From Anaerolineae bacterium (GTDB lineage Bacteria > Chloroflexota > Anaerolineae > Epilineales > Epilineaceae): DNA of 64,000 bases. The notes beneath the pieces were generated by a model, which worked only from the letters and a program-made list of their open reading frames with translations, was not told the DNA's origin and did no database searches. The position numbers and the translations under genes are program-made. Shown here one piece after another: positions 1 to 9,400 of this stretch. Numbering within the stretch: the first letter of the stretch is position 1; the number at the start of each line of letters is the position of its first letter. Where the stretch lies: contig DAOUCP010000098.1 in NCBI GenBank assembly GCA_034432155.1, forward strand, positions 583 to 64,582. Direction: 5' to 3'.

Positions 1-608
1 GCTTCCGTCTGGGGGTCGGCTTGGAAGCGAGCCAACAGCTCCACGAACCCCGTGCCCGGCAATGCGTCGCCGCCCATCCCGACGGCGGTGGACTGGCCGA
101 TGCCGCGCGCAGTCAATGCGTAGAGCACCTCGTAGGTCAGGGTGCCGCTGCGGCTGGCGACGCCCACCGGGCCGGGCTTCACGATCTCGCCGGGTATGAT
201 CCCCACTTTGGCTTCTCCCGGCGTGATGAGGCCAGGCGAGTTGGGCCCGATGAGGGTGATGTCCCGCGGGCCCAGGTAGCTTAGCACGCGCGTCATGTCG
301 CGGGCCGGCACGCCCTCCGTGATGATCACCAGCAAGCGGATGCCGGCCTCCGCTGCCTCCAGGATGGAATCGGCGCAGTGGGCGGCGGGCACGAAGACCA
401 CGCTGGCATTGGCTCCGGTAGCTGCGACGGCGTCGCGCACGGTGTCGTAAACCGGGACACCGGCCACCGCTTCGCCGCCTTTCCCGGGCGTAACCCCGGC
501 CACCACGTTGGTGCCGTACTGGACCATCTGCGCGGTGTGGAAGGCCCCCTCGCGACCGGTGATCCCCTGCACCAAGAGCCGCGTGTCGCGGCCGACCAAG
601 ATGCTCAT
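1..608 (-). CDS. sucD: Succinyl-CoA synthetase alpha subunit, 3' end truncated by the window edge
   Basis: Reverse-strand translation from the ATG at 608-606 reads [46 protein letters not shown]...[20 protein letters not shown]. This is the classic CoA-binding SucD N-terminus. It lies directly downstream of sucC. Confidence 0.9.
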   Translation of the reverse strand, partial: MSILVGRDTRLLVQGITGREGAFHTAQMVQYGTNVVAGVTPGKGGEAVAGVPVYDTVRDAVAATGANASVVFVPAAHCADSILEAAEAGIRLLVIITEGVPARDMTRVLSYLGPRDITLIGPNSPGLITPGEAKVGIIPGEIVKPGPVGVASRSGTLTYEVLYALTARGIGQSTAVGMGGDALPGTGFVELLARFQADPQTE

Positions 609-678
609 GCTGGGCTCCTCTGGGCCGGGTCTAGGACGGCGGCGACCTCGCGAAACAGCGCCTGGCCGACCAAGACGC

Positions 679-1842
679 TCATGTCGGACTCCTCTGCGCT
701 TGGGCCCGGTCGTCGCCGGCGGCGGCAATCGCCAGCCGGGCTGCCTCGGTGAGGGTCTGGGCGGTCTGCATATGCGCTCCCGACAGGATGGATCGTCCTG
801 CGGCAGCATTGGTCCCCTCGAGCCGTACCACGAACGGCACATCGGTCCCGATGGCTGCCAGTGCGGCCACGATGCCGCGGGCGACTTCGTCACAGCGGGT
901 GATACCGCCGAAGATGTTGATGAGCACGCTGCGCACGCGGCCATCGTCCAAGAGCAGACGCATCGCCAGCTCTACCTGATCGGCCCGAGCGCCACCGCCG
1001 ATGTCCAAGAAGTTGGCGGGCTCGCCACCCAAGAGCTTGATGACGTCCATGGTCGCCATGGCCAGGCCAGCGCCATTGACCAGGCAGCCGATGGTGCCGG
1101 CGAGCGAGACGTAGCTCAGCCCGGCGGACCGCGCCGCCCGTTCCGCCGGCGTCTCCGCGGTTTCATCCCGCAGGGCGGCCAGGTCCGGATGGCGGAAGAG
1201 GGCGTTGTCGTCGAGATTGATCTTAGCGTCCAGGGCGACCAGCGTGCCATCCTCGAGGATGGCCAGCCGATTGACCTCCACCAGCGTGGCATCGAGGGCA
1301 TCGTAGACAGCGTAGAGACGGGTTGCGATGTCGGCTAGCGCGCGCGCTTGGGTTCCGGCAAGACCAAGATCGAGTGCCAGGCGGCGCGTCTGGTAGGCCT
1401 GGAGCCCCAATAGCGGCTCCACTGTCTCGCGGCGGATGGCCGCCGGATCTCGGGCGGCCACTTCTTCGATGTCGATGCCGCCCTGCCGGCAGCCGATGAG
1501 CACCGGCCGACGGGCGGCGCGATCCAGAACGACGCCCAGATAGAGCTCGCGCTGGATAGCGGTGGCCCGCTCCACCAGTACCGAGCGCACGGTGTAGCCG
1601 CGGATGTCCATGCCCAGGATGTCCGCTGCCGCCTGGGCAGCGTCATCGGGCGTCGCCGCCAAGCGAATGCCACCTGCTTTACCGCGGCCACCGGTGAGCA
1701 CCTGGGCCTTGACGGCCACGGGTCCTCCGAGTCGCCAGGCGTGCTCCCGGGCCTCGGCCGCGTCCGCGGCCACGGCGCCTTCGGGGACGGGCAGGCCCTG
1801 CGCGCGGAGCCGCTCTTTGGCCTGATACTCGTGCAAGTTCAT
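679..1842 (-). CDS. sucC: Succinyl-CoA synthetase beta subunit (ADP-forming)
   Basis: 387-aa ORF starting [12 protein letters not shown], with the ATP-grasp and ligase-CoA domains typical of SucC. Co-oriented with sucD with a 70-nt gap. Confidence 0.93.
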   Translation of the reverse strand: MNLHEYQAKERLRAQGLPVPEGAVAADAAEAREHAWRLGGPVAVKAQVLTGGRGKAGGIRLAATPDDAAQAAADILGMDIRGYTVRSVLVERATAIQRELYLGVVLDRAARRPVLIGCRQGGIDIEEVAARDPAAIRRETVEPLLGLQAYQTRRLALDLGLAGTQARALADIATRLYAVYDALDATLVEVNRLAILEDGTLVALDAKINLDDNALFRHPDLAALRDETAETPAERAARSAGLSYVSLAGTIGCLVNGAGLAMATMDVIKLLGGEPANFLDIGGGARADQVELAMRLLLDDGRVRSVLINIFGGITRCDEVARGIVAALAAIGTDVPFVVRLEGTNAAAGRSILSGAHMQTAQTLTEAARLAIAAAGDDRAQAQRSPT

Positions 1843-1869
1843 CGAAGCCGCCTTTCCGTCGGCCGGCGA

Positions 1870-3369
1870 TCAAGCCGGAATGCCGAGTACTTCCTGGGTC
1901 CGGGCTCGGACGCGCTCGTAGAGCTCGCCGTCCTTGGCCAGCGAGTGACCGTAGCCAGGGATCATCGTCGCCAGTTTGCGCTGGCCCTCGGCGCTCGAAG
2001 CCAGCTCCGGGAAGCACCGGCCGATCAACTCCAGCATCGTCGCCACGCATGTCGATGCACCCGGCGAGGCGCCCAGCAGGGCGGCCATCGAGCCGTCGGC
2101 GGCAGCGACCACCTCCGTCCCGAATTCCAGCTTGCCGCGACGCTTCGGATCGGGCTTGATGATCTGCACTCGTTGGCCGGCGATGGCCAACTGCCAGTCC
2201 ACTTGCCGGGCCGTCGGGAGAAAGTTGCGCAGGGCGGCCAGTCGGTCATCGGGCGACTGCAGAACCTGGCCGATCAAGTAGCCGGCGAGGTCCAGGTTGC
2301 TGGCACAGGCCGCCACCATCGGCACCAGGTTGCTCGGCTTCCATGAGCGCGGCCAATCGAGGTAGGAGCCCATCTTGAGGAACTTGGTGGAGAAGCCGGC
2401 GTACGGGCCAAACAGGACAGACTTTCGGCCCTCAATGATCCGGCTGTCCAAGTGAGGAACGCTCATGGGCGGCGCACCCACGGCCGCCTTGCCGTAGACC
2501 TTGCAGTCGTGGGTCGCGATCAGCGACGGGTTCGTGCAGACCAGCCACTGGCCGCTCACCGGAAAGCCGCCATAGCCTCGACCCTCGGCGATGCGTGATC
2601 CCATGAGCAACGGCAGCGAGCCGCCGCCCGCCCCCAGGAACACAAAGCGGGCACGCAGCTCGCCCCGACTCTGGCTTGCGAGGTCCCGGAAGGCCACCCG
2701 CCACCGGCCATCCGGGGCGCGCGCCAGGCCAGTCACGGGATGCCGCAACAGCAATCGGAAGTCGGCTCGCCGAGCCAGGTCCTCGAACAGGAAGCGGGTG
2801 ACGGCCCCGAAAGCCACGTCCGTGCCCCGCGCCATGTGGGTCGCCGCCAGCTTCTGGCTGGGATCTCGCTCCATCATGACCAGCGGCATCCACTCCCGCA
2901 TTCGGCCATGGTCCTCGGTGTATTCCATGGCCGCAAAGTACGGATGGCTCCGTATGGCCTCGTAGCGCCGGCGCAGGAAGCCGACGTCCTCGTCCCCCCA
3001 GACGAAGCTGAGGTGCGGACAGACGTGGAGGAAGCGTCGTGGCTCAGGCAGTGCTCCTTCGGCGACAAGGTAGCTCCAGTACTGGAGCGTGGTCTCGTAA
3101 CCCTCGTTGACGGTCACCGCTTTGGCGATGTCGATCTGGCCGTCGGCCTTCTCCGGCGTGTAGTTGAGCTCGCAGTAGCCGGCGTGGCCCGTGCCGGCGT
3201 TGTTCGTGGCGTCGGTGCTCTCCAGGGCAATGCCGTCGAGTCGTTCGAGGGCCACAATCCGAAGGTGCGGGGCGAGCGCGTGGAGCAGCGACCCTAGGGT
3301 GGCACTCATGATACCGGCGCCGACAAGGACGACATCGGCATCGCTTTCTCGTACGGTGGTGCTTGGCAT
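1870..3369 (-). CDS. mqo: Malate:quinone oxidoreductase (FAD-dependent)
   Basis: 499-aa ORF with an N-terminal FAD-binding VVLVGAGIMSATLG motif and MQO-family length and sequence character. Part of the minus-strand TCA operon. Confidence 0.85.
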   Translation of the reverse strand: MPSTTVRESDADVVLVGAGIMSATLGSLLHALAPHLRIVALERLDGIALESTDATNNAGTGHAGYCELNYTPEKADGQIDIAKAVTVNEGYETTLQYWSYLVAEGALPEPRRFLHVCPHLSFVWGDEDVGFLRRRYEAIRSHPYFAAMEYTEDHGRMREWMPLVMMERDPSQKLAATHMARGTDVAFGAVTRFLFEDLARRADFRLLLRHPVTGLARAPDGRWRVAFRDLASQSRGELRARFVFLGAGGGSLPLLMGSRIAEGRGYGGFPVSGQWLVCTNPSLIATHDCKVYGKAAVGAPPMSVPHLDSRIIEGRKSVLFGPYAGFSTKFLKMGSYLDWPRSWKPSNLVPMVAACASNLDLAGYLIGQVLQSPDDRLAALRNFLPTARQVDWQLAIAGQRVQIIKPDPKRRGKLEFGTEVVAAADGSMAALLGASPGASTCVATMLELIGRCFPELASSAEGQRKLATMIPGYGHSLAKDGELYERVRARTQEVLGIPA

Positions 3370-3388
3370 CTGCGTTGCTCTCCCGTGT

Positions 3389-3979
3389 CTAGGCGGTGGC
3401 GCGAATTCGTTCGTGAATGACCGCCATGTTATCGTTGACCTGCCTTGTCACTTCCGCATACAGCGACTGGCGATGGCTGTCCATCGCGACGACCAAGGGG
3501 CCGAAGGACCTCACCTCGAACACCCAGATCGCCTCGGCCATGCCGAGATCGTCGAGCCAACGCACGTCCGCGACACGCTCGATGGCCTGGGCAGCCAGCG
3601 CGCCGGCGCCGCCCGTGAAATGCGCATACGCGGCGCCGACCTCGGCGAGGGCCTCCAGCGTCGTATTGCCCATGCCGCCCTTGCCAACGATCAGCCGTGG
3701 CCGAAAGCGCCGCAGGACCTCGCCTTCCCAGAGTTCCAGACGGGCCGAGGTCGTAGGGCCGGCGGCCAGCACCAGCCAGCTAGCGTCTTGGCGCTGCACG
3801 ACGGGTCCGCAGTGAAACAGCGCTAGGCCGGCCAGCTCGAAGGGGGCACCGTGTTCCAACAGCCGGGCATGCGCTTCGTCACGGGCGGTGAATACGGTTC
3901 CCGTGAGGTAGACCACATCGCCGACGCGCAGCTCGCGCGCCTGGTGCTCGGCAATGGGGGTGGTCAGATGTCGCTCCAT
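3389..3979 (-). CDS. Fumarate hydratase class I, beta (C-terminal domain) subunit
   Basis: Only the C-terminal 196 aa of the 458-aa maximal ORF look like a protein (MERHLTTPIAEHQARELRVGDVVYLTGTVFTARDEAHARLLE...GKGGMGNTTLEAL). An AGGAGG RBS sits upstream of the ATG at 3979. Matches the TtdB/FumB beta-subunit family. Confidence 0.82.
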   Translation of the reverse strand: MERHLTTPIAEHQARELRVGDVVYLTGTVFTARDEAHARLLEHGAPFELAGLALFHCGPVVQRQDASWLVLAAGPTTSARLELWEGEVLRRFRPRLIVGKGGMGNTTLEALAEVGAAYAHFTGGAGALAAQAIERVADVRWLDDLGMAEAIWVFEVRSFGPLVVAMDSHRQSLYAEVTRQVNDNMAVIHERIRATA

Positions 3980-4086
3980 TCGTCCTCCTGGTGGTCCTTC
4001 TCGGGCGAGGGGTGGCCAGGCGGCGCTATCGGCCGACGCTCGCGCACGGGACAGCTCGGCAGGCTGTGCCATGGCCGTGCACGAAG

Positions 4087-4977
4087 CTAGGCAACCTCCA
4101 CTGCGCCGTCGGCCGCAATCCGTACCGTGCCGTGCCGATGGGCCCAGCATTGGACGACGATCCCGAGAGGCAACGAGGCCGGATGGCGATGCGCCACCTC
4201 GACGTGCACGGCCAAGACCGTTGTCTTGCCGCCGAGGCCCATCGGTCCGACCCCGGACATGTTGATCAGTTGCTCCAACTCCGACTCCAAGGCCGCGACC
4301 TGGGGATCGTCGTGGCGTTGGCCGAGCGGGCGCAAGAGCGCGAGCTTGCCGAGCTTGAGGGCCAGGTCCGCGCCGCCGCCAAGGCCGACGCCGACCACGG
4401 TGGGAGGGCAGGGGCGACCGCCACAACCGACCACGTGATCGACCACGGCTTTCTTGACGCCGCGCAGGCCAGCTCCGGGAGTCAGCATCATGAGCGCACT
4501 GCAGTTTTCCGAGCCGCCCCCCTTCGGCAAGATGGTGACAACTGCGGTTTCTCCGCTCATCGGTTCCCAGGTGATCGAAGGAACGTGAAGGCCGGTATTG
4601 TCCCCCGGATTGCGGCCGTCCAACGGGTGGACGGTGTTTGGGCGCAGCGGAATGTCTCGGGTTGCGAGTCGAGCCGCCGCAGTCAGGGCTTCCCGGAGTG
4701 CGGCCAGATGGGGAAAGCCGGTGCCGAACCGCACATAGTAAGTCAGGGTGCCGGTGTCCTGGCACATGGGGACGCCTTGGGAGCGGGCAATGGCCACGTT
4801 CTGGAGGATCGCCTCCAGCTGAACGCGTGCCAGGCCCAACTCGCGGTCGCGCGCGGCCTCGAGGGCTGCCACCACGTCGTCGGGGAGCGTGGTGACCGCC
4901 CGGCCGATGGCAGCACGGATGACGGAAGCCACGGACTCCACGCCCGGCCGGGACGATGCACTGGTCTCTTCCGCCAC
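4087..4977 (-). CDS. Fumarate hydratase class I, alpha (catalytic Fe-S) subunit
   Basis: 296-aa ORF with the CQDTGT motif and the Cys ligands characteristic of the class I fumarase/tartrate dehydratase alpha subunit. Immediately upstream of the beta subunit. Confidence 0.85.
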   Translation of the reverse strand: MAEETSASSRPGVESVASVIRAAIGRAVTTLPDDVVAALEAARDRELGLARVQLEAILQNVAIARSQGVPMCQDTGTLTYYVRFGTGFPHLAALREALTAAARLATRDIPLRPNTVHPLDGRNPGDNTGLHVPSITWEPMSGETAVVTILPKGGGSENCSALMMLTPGAGLRGVKKAVVDHVVGCGGRPCPPTVVGVGLGGGADLALKLGKLALLRPLGQRHDDPQVAALESELEQLINMSGVGPMGLGGKTTVLAVHVEVAHRHPASLPLGIVVQCWAHRHGTVRIAADGAVEVA

Positions 4978-5059
4978 GCTGGCCTCCCCCCTTGGTTCCT
5001 GTCCCCCCTGCCGGCAGCGCGCGGCATCATAGTCGGCGACCCGCTGCCTGTCCAGTGAC

Positions 5060-5095
5060 TTCGGCGCACCAGGCGACTTGGATATAATTGCGGCC
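5060..5095 (+). promoter_or_regulatory. Candidate sigma-70-like -10 element (ttggatataat) in the divergent fumA/hdrC intergenic region
   Basis: A TATAAT hexamer at about 5083-5088 sits in an otherwise GC-rich 220-nt divergent gap. No convincing -35 element was found. Confidence 0.2.
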
Positions 5096-5198
5096 CAACG
5101 TGCCAGTAACCCACCCTTCGGGCGGGAGCGAGAACGGCGGCCGAGAGGGCGCGTGGCTTAGAGCTCCCGATTCGCCAGCAGGGGACCGAGCATTGCGT

Positions 5199-5600
5199 GT
5201 GACGCTAACGCGCCAGCGAGCGCGTTCGGAATTCGTTGCCAGGGTGGAGGCCATCAGCGGTCAGGATGTTCTGGCCTGCTATCAGTGTGGCAAGTGCTCG
5301 GCTGGCTGTCCGGCTGTGCCGCAAGCAGACCTCCTGCCCAACCAAGTGCTGCGCTTCATCCAGCTGGGCCTGGAGGATGAGCTGCGTCGGGCGCGGACCC
5401 CTTGGCTGTGCGCGACCTGCCTCGTGTGCAACGTCCGCTGTCCCAAGGGCATCCGCATTGCCGAGGTGATGGAGGCGGTACGGCTTCTGCAGTTGCGCGG
5501 GAACCAGGATCGACTCCTCGTCTCCGCGCTGGCAGAGGAGGATCGGGAATCCGTGCCCACCATCGCCCTGGTCAGCAGCCTTCGCAAGTACACCGCGTGA
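5199..5600 (+). CDS. hdrC: Heterodisulfide reductase subunit C-like 4Fe-4S protein
   Basis: Two CxxCxxCxxxCP ferredoxin motifs (CYQCGKCSAGCP and CATCLVCNVRCP). The start is set at the GTG at 5199 behind a GGGGA RBS, although the frame is open from 5088, so the start is uncertain. Confidence 0.75.
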   Translation: MTLTRQRARSEFVARVEAISGQDVLACYQCGKCSAGCPAVPQADLLPNQVLRFIQLGLEDELRRARTPWLCATCLVCNVRCPKGIRIAEVMEAVRLLQLRGNQDRLLVSALAEEDRESVPTIALVSSLRKYTA

Positions 5601-5649
5601 TCCCGTCCGCCTTTTTCGAGGGCTGGTGCGCGCGGAGCAAGGCAGTCAC

Positions 5650-6531
5650 ATGGCGACGAGCTACTATCCCGGCTGCACCCTGAAGACGCAGGCGCGCAAC
5701 TTCGAGCAGTCGCTGTTGTTTGCCCTTCGGGCGCTCGGTCTGGAAGCGACGGAGATCGCCCGCTGGAACTGCTGCGGGACGGTGTTCTCCCTGGCGACCG
5801 ACGATCTCATCCATCACGTGGCGCCCGTTCGCAACCTCATTCGCGCTGCCGAGGCCGGCTCCGACTCGCTGCTTGTGCCCTGTGCAATGTGCTTCAACAC
5901 CCTGAAGCGTGCCAACGCCAAGGTCCGCGCCGAGCCGGAGGCGCTCGAGACCATCAACGCGTTCATCGATGCCGAGGGCATCGCCTACGATGGTGGCGTC
6001 GAGGTGGTGCATCCCTTGGAGTGGCTGCGGGACGAGGTGACCTTCGACCGTCTGGCAGCCCAAATCGTTCGGCCGCTGTCCGGGCTCCGCGTGGCCAGCT
6101 ACTATGGCTGCCTTCTGGTCCGTCCGACCGGCATCGGGATCGACGACTCCGAGTCTCCCAGCGTCATGGAGGACCTGGCGGCAGCGCTGGGTGCGACAGG
6201 CGTGTCCTTTCCGCAACGTACCGAGTGCTGCGGCGCCTACGAGACGGTCGACCATCCGGAAATCGTGGCCGAACGAACGATCGCCATCGTGGGTTCGGCC
6301 CGACGGAGGGGCGCCGAGGTGTTGGCGGTGAGCTGTCCGCTGTGCGCCTTCAACTTGGATCATCGACAGACGCAGGCGGTGGCGATGGAGCCGCAGTTCC
6401 AGGGACTTCCCGTCCTGTATTTCAGTCAGCTCTTGGCGATCGCCCTGGGCTGCCCGGAGTCGACCCTGGAGCTTAGCGCGCACCACATGGATCCGCGACC
6501 GGTTCTGGTCGAAAAAGGTGTTCTACCATGA
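5650..6531 (+). CDS. hdrB: Heterodisulfide reductase subunit B-like (two CCG cysteine-rich domains)
   Basis: Begins MATSYYPGCTL. Carries CCG-domain signatures (WNCCGT..., CAMC, ECCGAY..., CPLC). The stop overlaps the korD start as ATGA. Confidence 0.85.
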   Translation: MATSYYPGCTLKTQARNFEQSLLFALRALGLEATEIARWNCCGTVFSLATDDLIHHVAPVRNLIRAAEAGSDSLLVPCAMCFNTLKRANAKVRAEPEALETINAFIDAEGIAYDGGVEVVHPLEWLRDEVTFDRLAAQIVRPLSGLRVASYYGCLLVRPTGIGIDDSESPSVMEDLAAALGATGVSFPQRTECCGAYETVDHPEIVAERTIAIVGSARRRGAEVLAVSCPLCAFNLDHRQTQAVAMEPQFQGLPVLYFSQLLAIALGCPESTLELSAHHMDPRPVLVEKGVLP

Positions 6532-6812
6532 CCAACGGATCGAAAATCTACTTTGGCGACCTCAAGCCAAAACGGGGCGTCATCCATATAGAAATAGATC
6601 GATGTAAGGGTTGCGGTTTTTGCGTCGAATATTGCCCTAGAGATGTGCTTGCCATATCCGAGATCTTCAATGCGAAAGGGTACCATCCGCCAGAGGTAAG
6701 AGACATGGCGAACTGCTGCTACTGTCAGCTCTGCGAGGCGATCTGTCCTGAGTTTGCCTTGTTTGTCACGTGCGCGGAGGAGGAAGCAGAGGTTGGAGAC
6801 CGTAACGGCTGA
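6528..6812 (+). CDS. korD: 2-oxoacid:ferredoxin oxidoreductase delta subunit (2x[4Fe-4S] ferredoxin)
   Basis: 94-aa ORF with CKGCGFCVEYCP and CCYCQLCEAICP motifs. Notably AT-rich compared with its flanks. Confidence 0.8.
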   Translation: MTNGSKIYFGDLKPKRGVIHIEIDRCKGCGFCVEYCPRDVLAISEIFNAKGYHPPEVRDMANCCYCQLCEAICPEFALFVTCAEEEAEVGDRNG

Positions 6813-7959
6813 TCCGAAGGGGGTACTGACGGGCGAGCACTATCTGGATGGCGACTACGCAATCGCGGAGGGCGCTCTGGCGGCCGGCTGTCGGTTCTTT
6901 GCCGGCTATCCGATCACGCCGTCCACCGAGACGGCCGAGCGCTTCGCCGAGCGCATCCCGCGGGTGGGCGGCGTCTTCATCCAGATGGAGGACGAGATGG
7001 CATCGGTCGCCGCCCTGATTGGCGCCGTGTGGGCTGGCCAGAAGGCGATGACGGTCACCTCGGGGCCCGGCTTCTCGCTGATGATGGAGAACATTGGGCT
7101 CGCGGCGATGATGGAAGTACCGCTCGTGATCGCCAACGTGCAACGTGGCGGCCCCTCCACCGGGCTGCCGACGCTGACGGCACAAGGTGACATGATGCAG
7201 GTGCGCTGGGGGTCGCACGGCGACTACCAGATCATTGCCCTGTCACCGGACTCGCCGCAGGAGTGCTTCGACCTCACGGTGCATGCGTTCAACCTGGCGG
7301 AGACCTACCGCGTCCCCGTGTTCCTCATGACCGACGAGTGCGTGGGCCACATGCATGAGAAGGTGGTCATCCCACCGGCAGACCAGATCGCCCTTGTGCC
7401 GCGCAAGTGGTACCAGGGCCCCCGTGAGCAGTACGCGCCCTACGAGCCGGATGAGGATCTGGTGCCTTTCATGGCCAAGGCAGGAGATGGCTACCGGTTC
7501 CACACCACCGGGCTGACGCACGACCAGCGCGGCTACCCGGTCATCAATGCCGAGTGCCAGGACTGGGTAGTGCGCCACCTGCGGGACAAGATCGTCCGGA
7601 ATGCGTCTAAGATCGTTCGCTTCGAGGAGGATGCTTGTGATAATGCCGAGGTGGTGGTGGTGTCCTACGGCATCACCTCGCGTGTCGCTTACCGCGCCGT
7701 GCAGCTGGCGCGGCAGCAAGGGGTGCGCGTGGGCACCTTCCGGCTGGTCACGGTCTGGCCCTTTCCCGCCCCTCGGCTCACCGAGCTGGCGCAAACCGTC
7801 AAGGCCTTTGTGGTGCCGGAGATCAACCTCGGTCAGATGGTCCTCGAGGTCGAGCGAGCGGCTGGGGGGCGCGCTCCGGCCATCCCGGTCAGCCATGCGG
7901 GTGGCTGGGTCCACGATCCACAGGACATCGTCAAGGCAATCCTGGAGGCGGTGCGATGA
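6793..7959 (+). CDS. korA: 2-oxoacid:ferredoxin oxidoreductase alpha subunit
   Basis: Reads ...YAIAEGALAAGCRFFAGYPITPSTE... of the POR/KOR alpha family. A TTG start at 6793 sits behind a GGAGGAGG RBS. The ORF is open from 6754. Confidence 0.85.
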   Translation: METVTADPKGVLTGEHYLDGDYAIAEGALAAGCRFFAGYPITPSTETAERFAERIPRVGGVFIQMEDEMASVAALIGAVWAGQKAMTVTSGPGFSLMMENIGLAAMMEVPLVIANVQRGGPSTGLPTLTAQGDMMQVRWGSHGDYQIIALSPDSPQECFDLTVHAFNLAETYRVPVFLMTDECVGHMHEKVVIPPADQIALVPRKWYQGPREQYAPYEPDEDLVPFMAKAGDGYRFHTTGLTHDQRGYPVINAECQDWVVRHLRDKIVRNASKIVRFEEDACDNAEVVVVSYGITSRVAYRAVQLARQQGVRVGTFRLVTVWPFPAPRLTELAQTVKAFVVPEINLGQMVLEVERAAGGRAPAIPVSHAGGWVHDPQDIVKAILEAVR

Positions 7960-8837
7960 GCGAGATGGAAGCGCCGACCAAAGAGGCGAAGGTGCGAAAC
8001 CCCCTGGAGGGCTTCCTCCGGATGGACCGTATGCCGCACATCTGGTGCTCGGGTTGCGGTATCGGCATCGTCGTCACCGCCTTCGCGGACGCCCTGCGCA
8101 AGAGCGGCGTGGATCTGGACAAGGTGGCGGTCGTATCCGGGATTGGCTGCACGGGTCGCGTCGCTGGCTACATCCGGCTGGACTCGTTCCACACCACGCA
8201 TGGCCGGGCTGTTCCGTTCGCCACCGGGCTGAAGCTGGGCAATCCCGAATTACAGGTGGTGGTCTTCAGTGGCGACGGCGACATTGTGGGCATCGGTGGC
8301 AACCATCTCATCCATGCCGCGCGTCGCAACATGGACATCCTGGTGATCTGCGTCAACAACTTCAACTACGCCATGACCGGCGGGCAAGTGGCCGCGACGT
8401 CGCCCATTGGCGCGAACCTGTCCACCGCGCCGTTTGGCAACTTCGAGTATCCCTTCAACTTGCCGTACCTAGCCGACGCCTGCGGGGCCAGCTACGTCGC
8501 CCGCTGGACGTGCCTCCACATTCGCCGGCTGACGCACACCATCCGCGAAGCGTTGGGCAAGCGAGGGTTTCGCTTCATCGAGGTCATCACGCCTTGCGTC
8601 ACGGTGTATGCGCGCCGCAATCGCCTGGGGCAAGGGCTGGATCTCCTCAAGTACTATTACAACGAATCCGAAATTAAGCATCACGCAGATACAAGAGATG
8701 TCGCAATCGGTTACCAGAGTAAGATTATTTGCGGCAAATTTGTTGACCGAGAAAAGCCAACGTTTTTAGATTGCATGAATAGTTATCTTACCAGCAAACT
8801 CGGCGATAAGTACGTGCCTTATGGAGTCCAGGAATGA
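7956..8837 (+). CDS. korB: 2-oxoacid:ferredoxin oxidoreductase beta subunit (TPP-binding)
   Basis: Carries the GCxGR...GDGD TPP motif (SGIGCTGRVAGY...FSGDGD). The start overlaps the korA stop. The 3' ~190 nt are AT- and Lys-rich. Confidence 0.85.
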   Translation: MSEMEAPTKEAKVRNPLEGFLRMDRMPHIWCSGCGIGIVVTAFADALRKSGVDLDKVAVVSGIGCTGRVAGYIRLDSFHTTHGRAVPFATGLKLGNPELQVVVFSGDGDIVGIGGNHLIHAARRNMDILVICVNNFNYAMTGGQVAATSPIGANLSTAPFGNFEYPFNLPYLADACGASYVARWTCLHIRRLTHTIREALGKRGFRFIEVITPCVTVYARRNRLGQGLDLLKYYYNESEIKHHADTRDVAIGYQSKIICGKFVDREKPTFLDCMNSYLTSKLGDKYVPYGVQE

Positions 8838-9400
8838 CCGAGATCCGATTCTCCGGGTTCGGTGGCCAGGGGATCATCCGCTGTGGTCTCATCACGGGCA
8901 AGGCAATCTCGCTGTTCGGGGGCAAGTACGCCACGATGACCCAGAGCTTTGGACCCGAGGCGCGAGGCAGCACCTGCAGCTCGCAACTCGTCGTTTCCGA
9001 GGAGCGCGTTCTATATCCCTACGTCGATCGGCCGGAGATCCTGGTCGCCATGTCCCAGGATGCCTGCGACAAGTATGAGCCGGAGCTGCGGGACGGCGGC
9101 CTGCTTCTGGTGGACGCGGACCTGGTGAAGGCCGATCGGGCCGCCGGACGCGTTCGCGTGTTCGCCGTCCCGGCGACGCGGATGGCGGAGGAGATGGGCA
9201 ACCGCATCTTCGCCAACCTGGTGATGCTGGGGTTCTTCACCGCGGTCACGCAAGTGGTCTCGGCCGAGGCGATGAAACGGGCGCTGCCGGGCTTGGTTCC
9301 CAGTCGCTCGCTGGACCGGAACATCGAGGCCTTCGACCGTGGCTACGAGTATGCCCTGACGTTGCTGGCTTCCCAGGCCGCGAAGGAGGGGCCGGCGTGA
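8834..9400 (+). CDS. korG: 2-oxoacid:ferredoxin oxidoreductase gamma subunit
   Basis: Begins MTEIRFSGFGGQGI, as in POR/KOR gamma. Its stop overlaps the GTG start of hdrA. Confidence 0.85.
   Translation: MTEIRFSGFGGQGIIRCGLITGKAISLFGGKYATMTQSFGPEARGSTCSSQLVVSEERVLYPYVDRPEILVAMSQDACDKYEPELRDGGLLLVDADLVKADRAAGRVRVFAVPATRMAEEMGNRIFANLVMLGFFTAVTQVVSAEAMKRALPGLVPSRSLDRNIEAFDRGYEYALTLLASQAAKEGPA

Noticed and set aside
3980-4765. The N-terminal 262 aa of the 458-aa maximal ORF 3389-4765 (Arg/Pro/Gly-rich)
   Set aside because: This is a low-complexity, Arg-rich translation typical of an off-frame read in GC-rich DNA. It overlaps the well-supported class I fumarase alpha gene on the same strand. Only the C-terminal 196 aa (FumB-like, with its own AGGAGG RBS) are credible.
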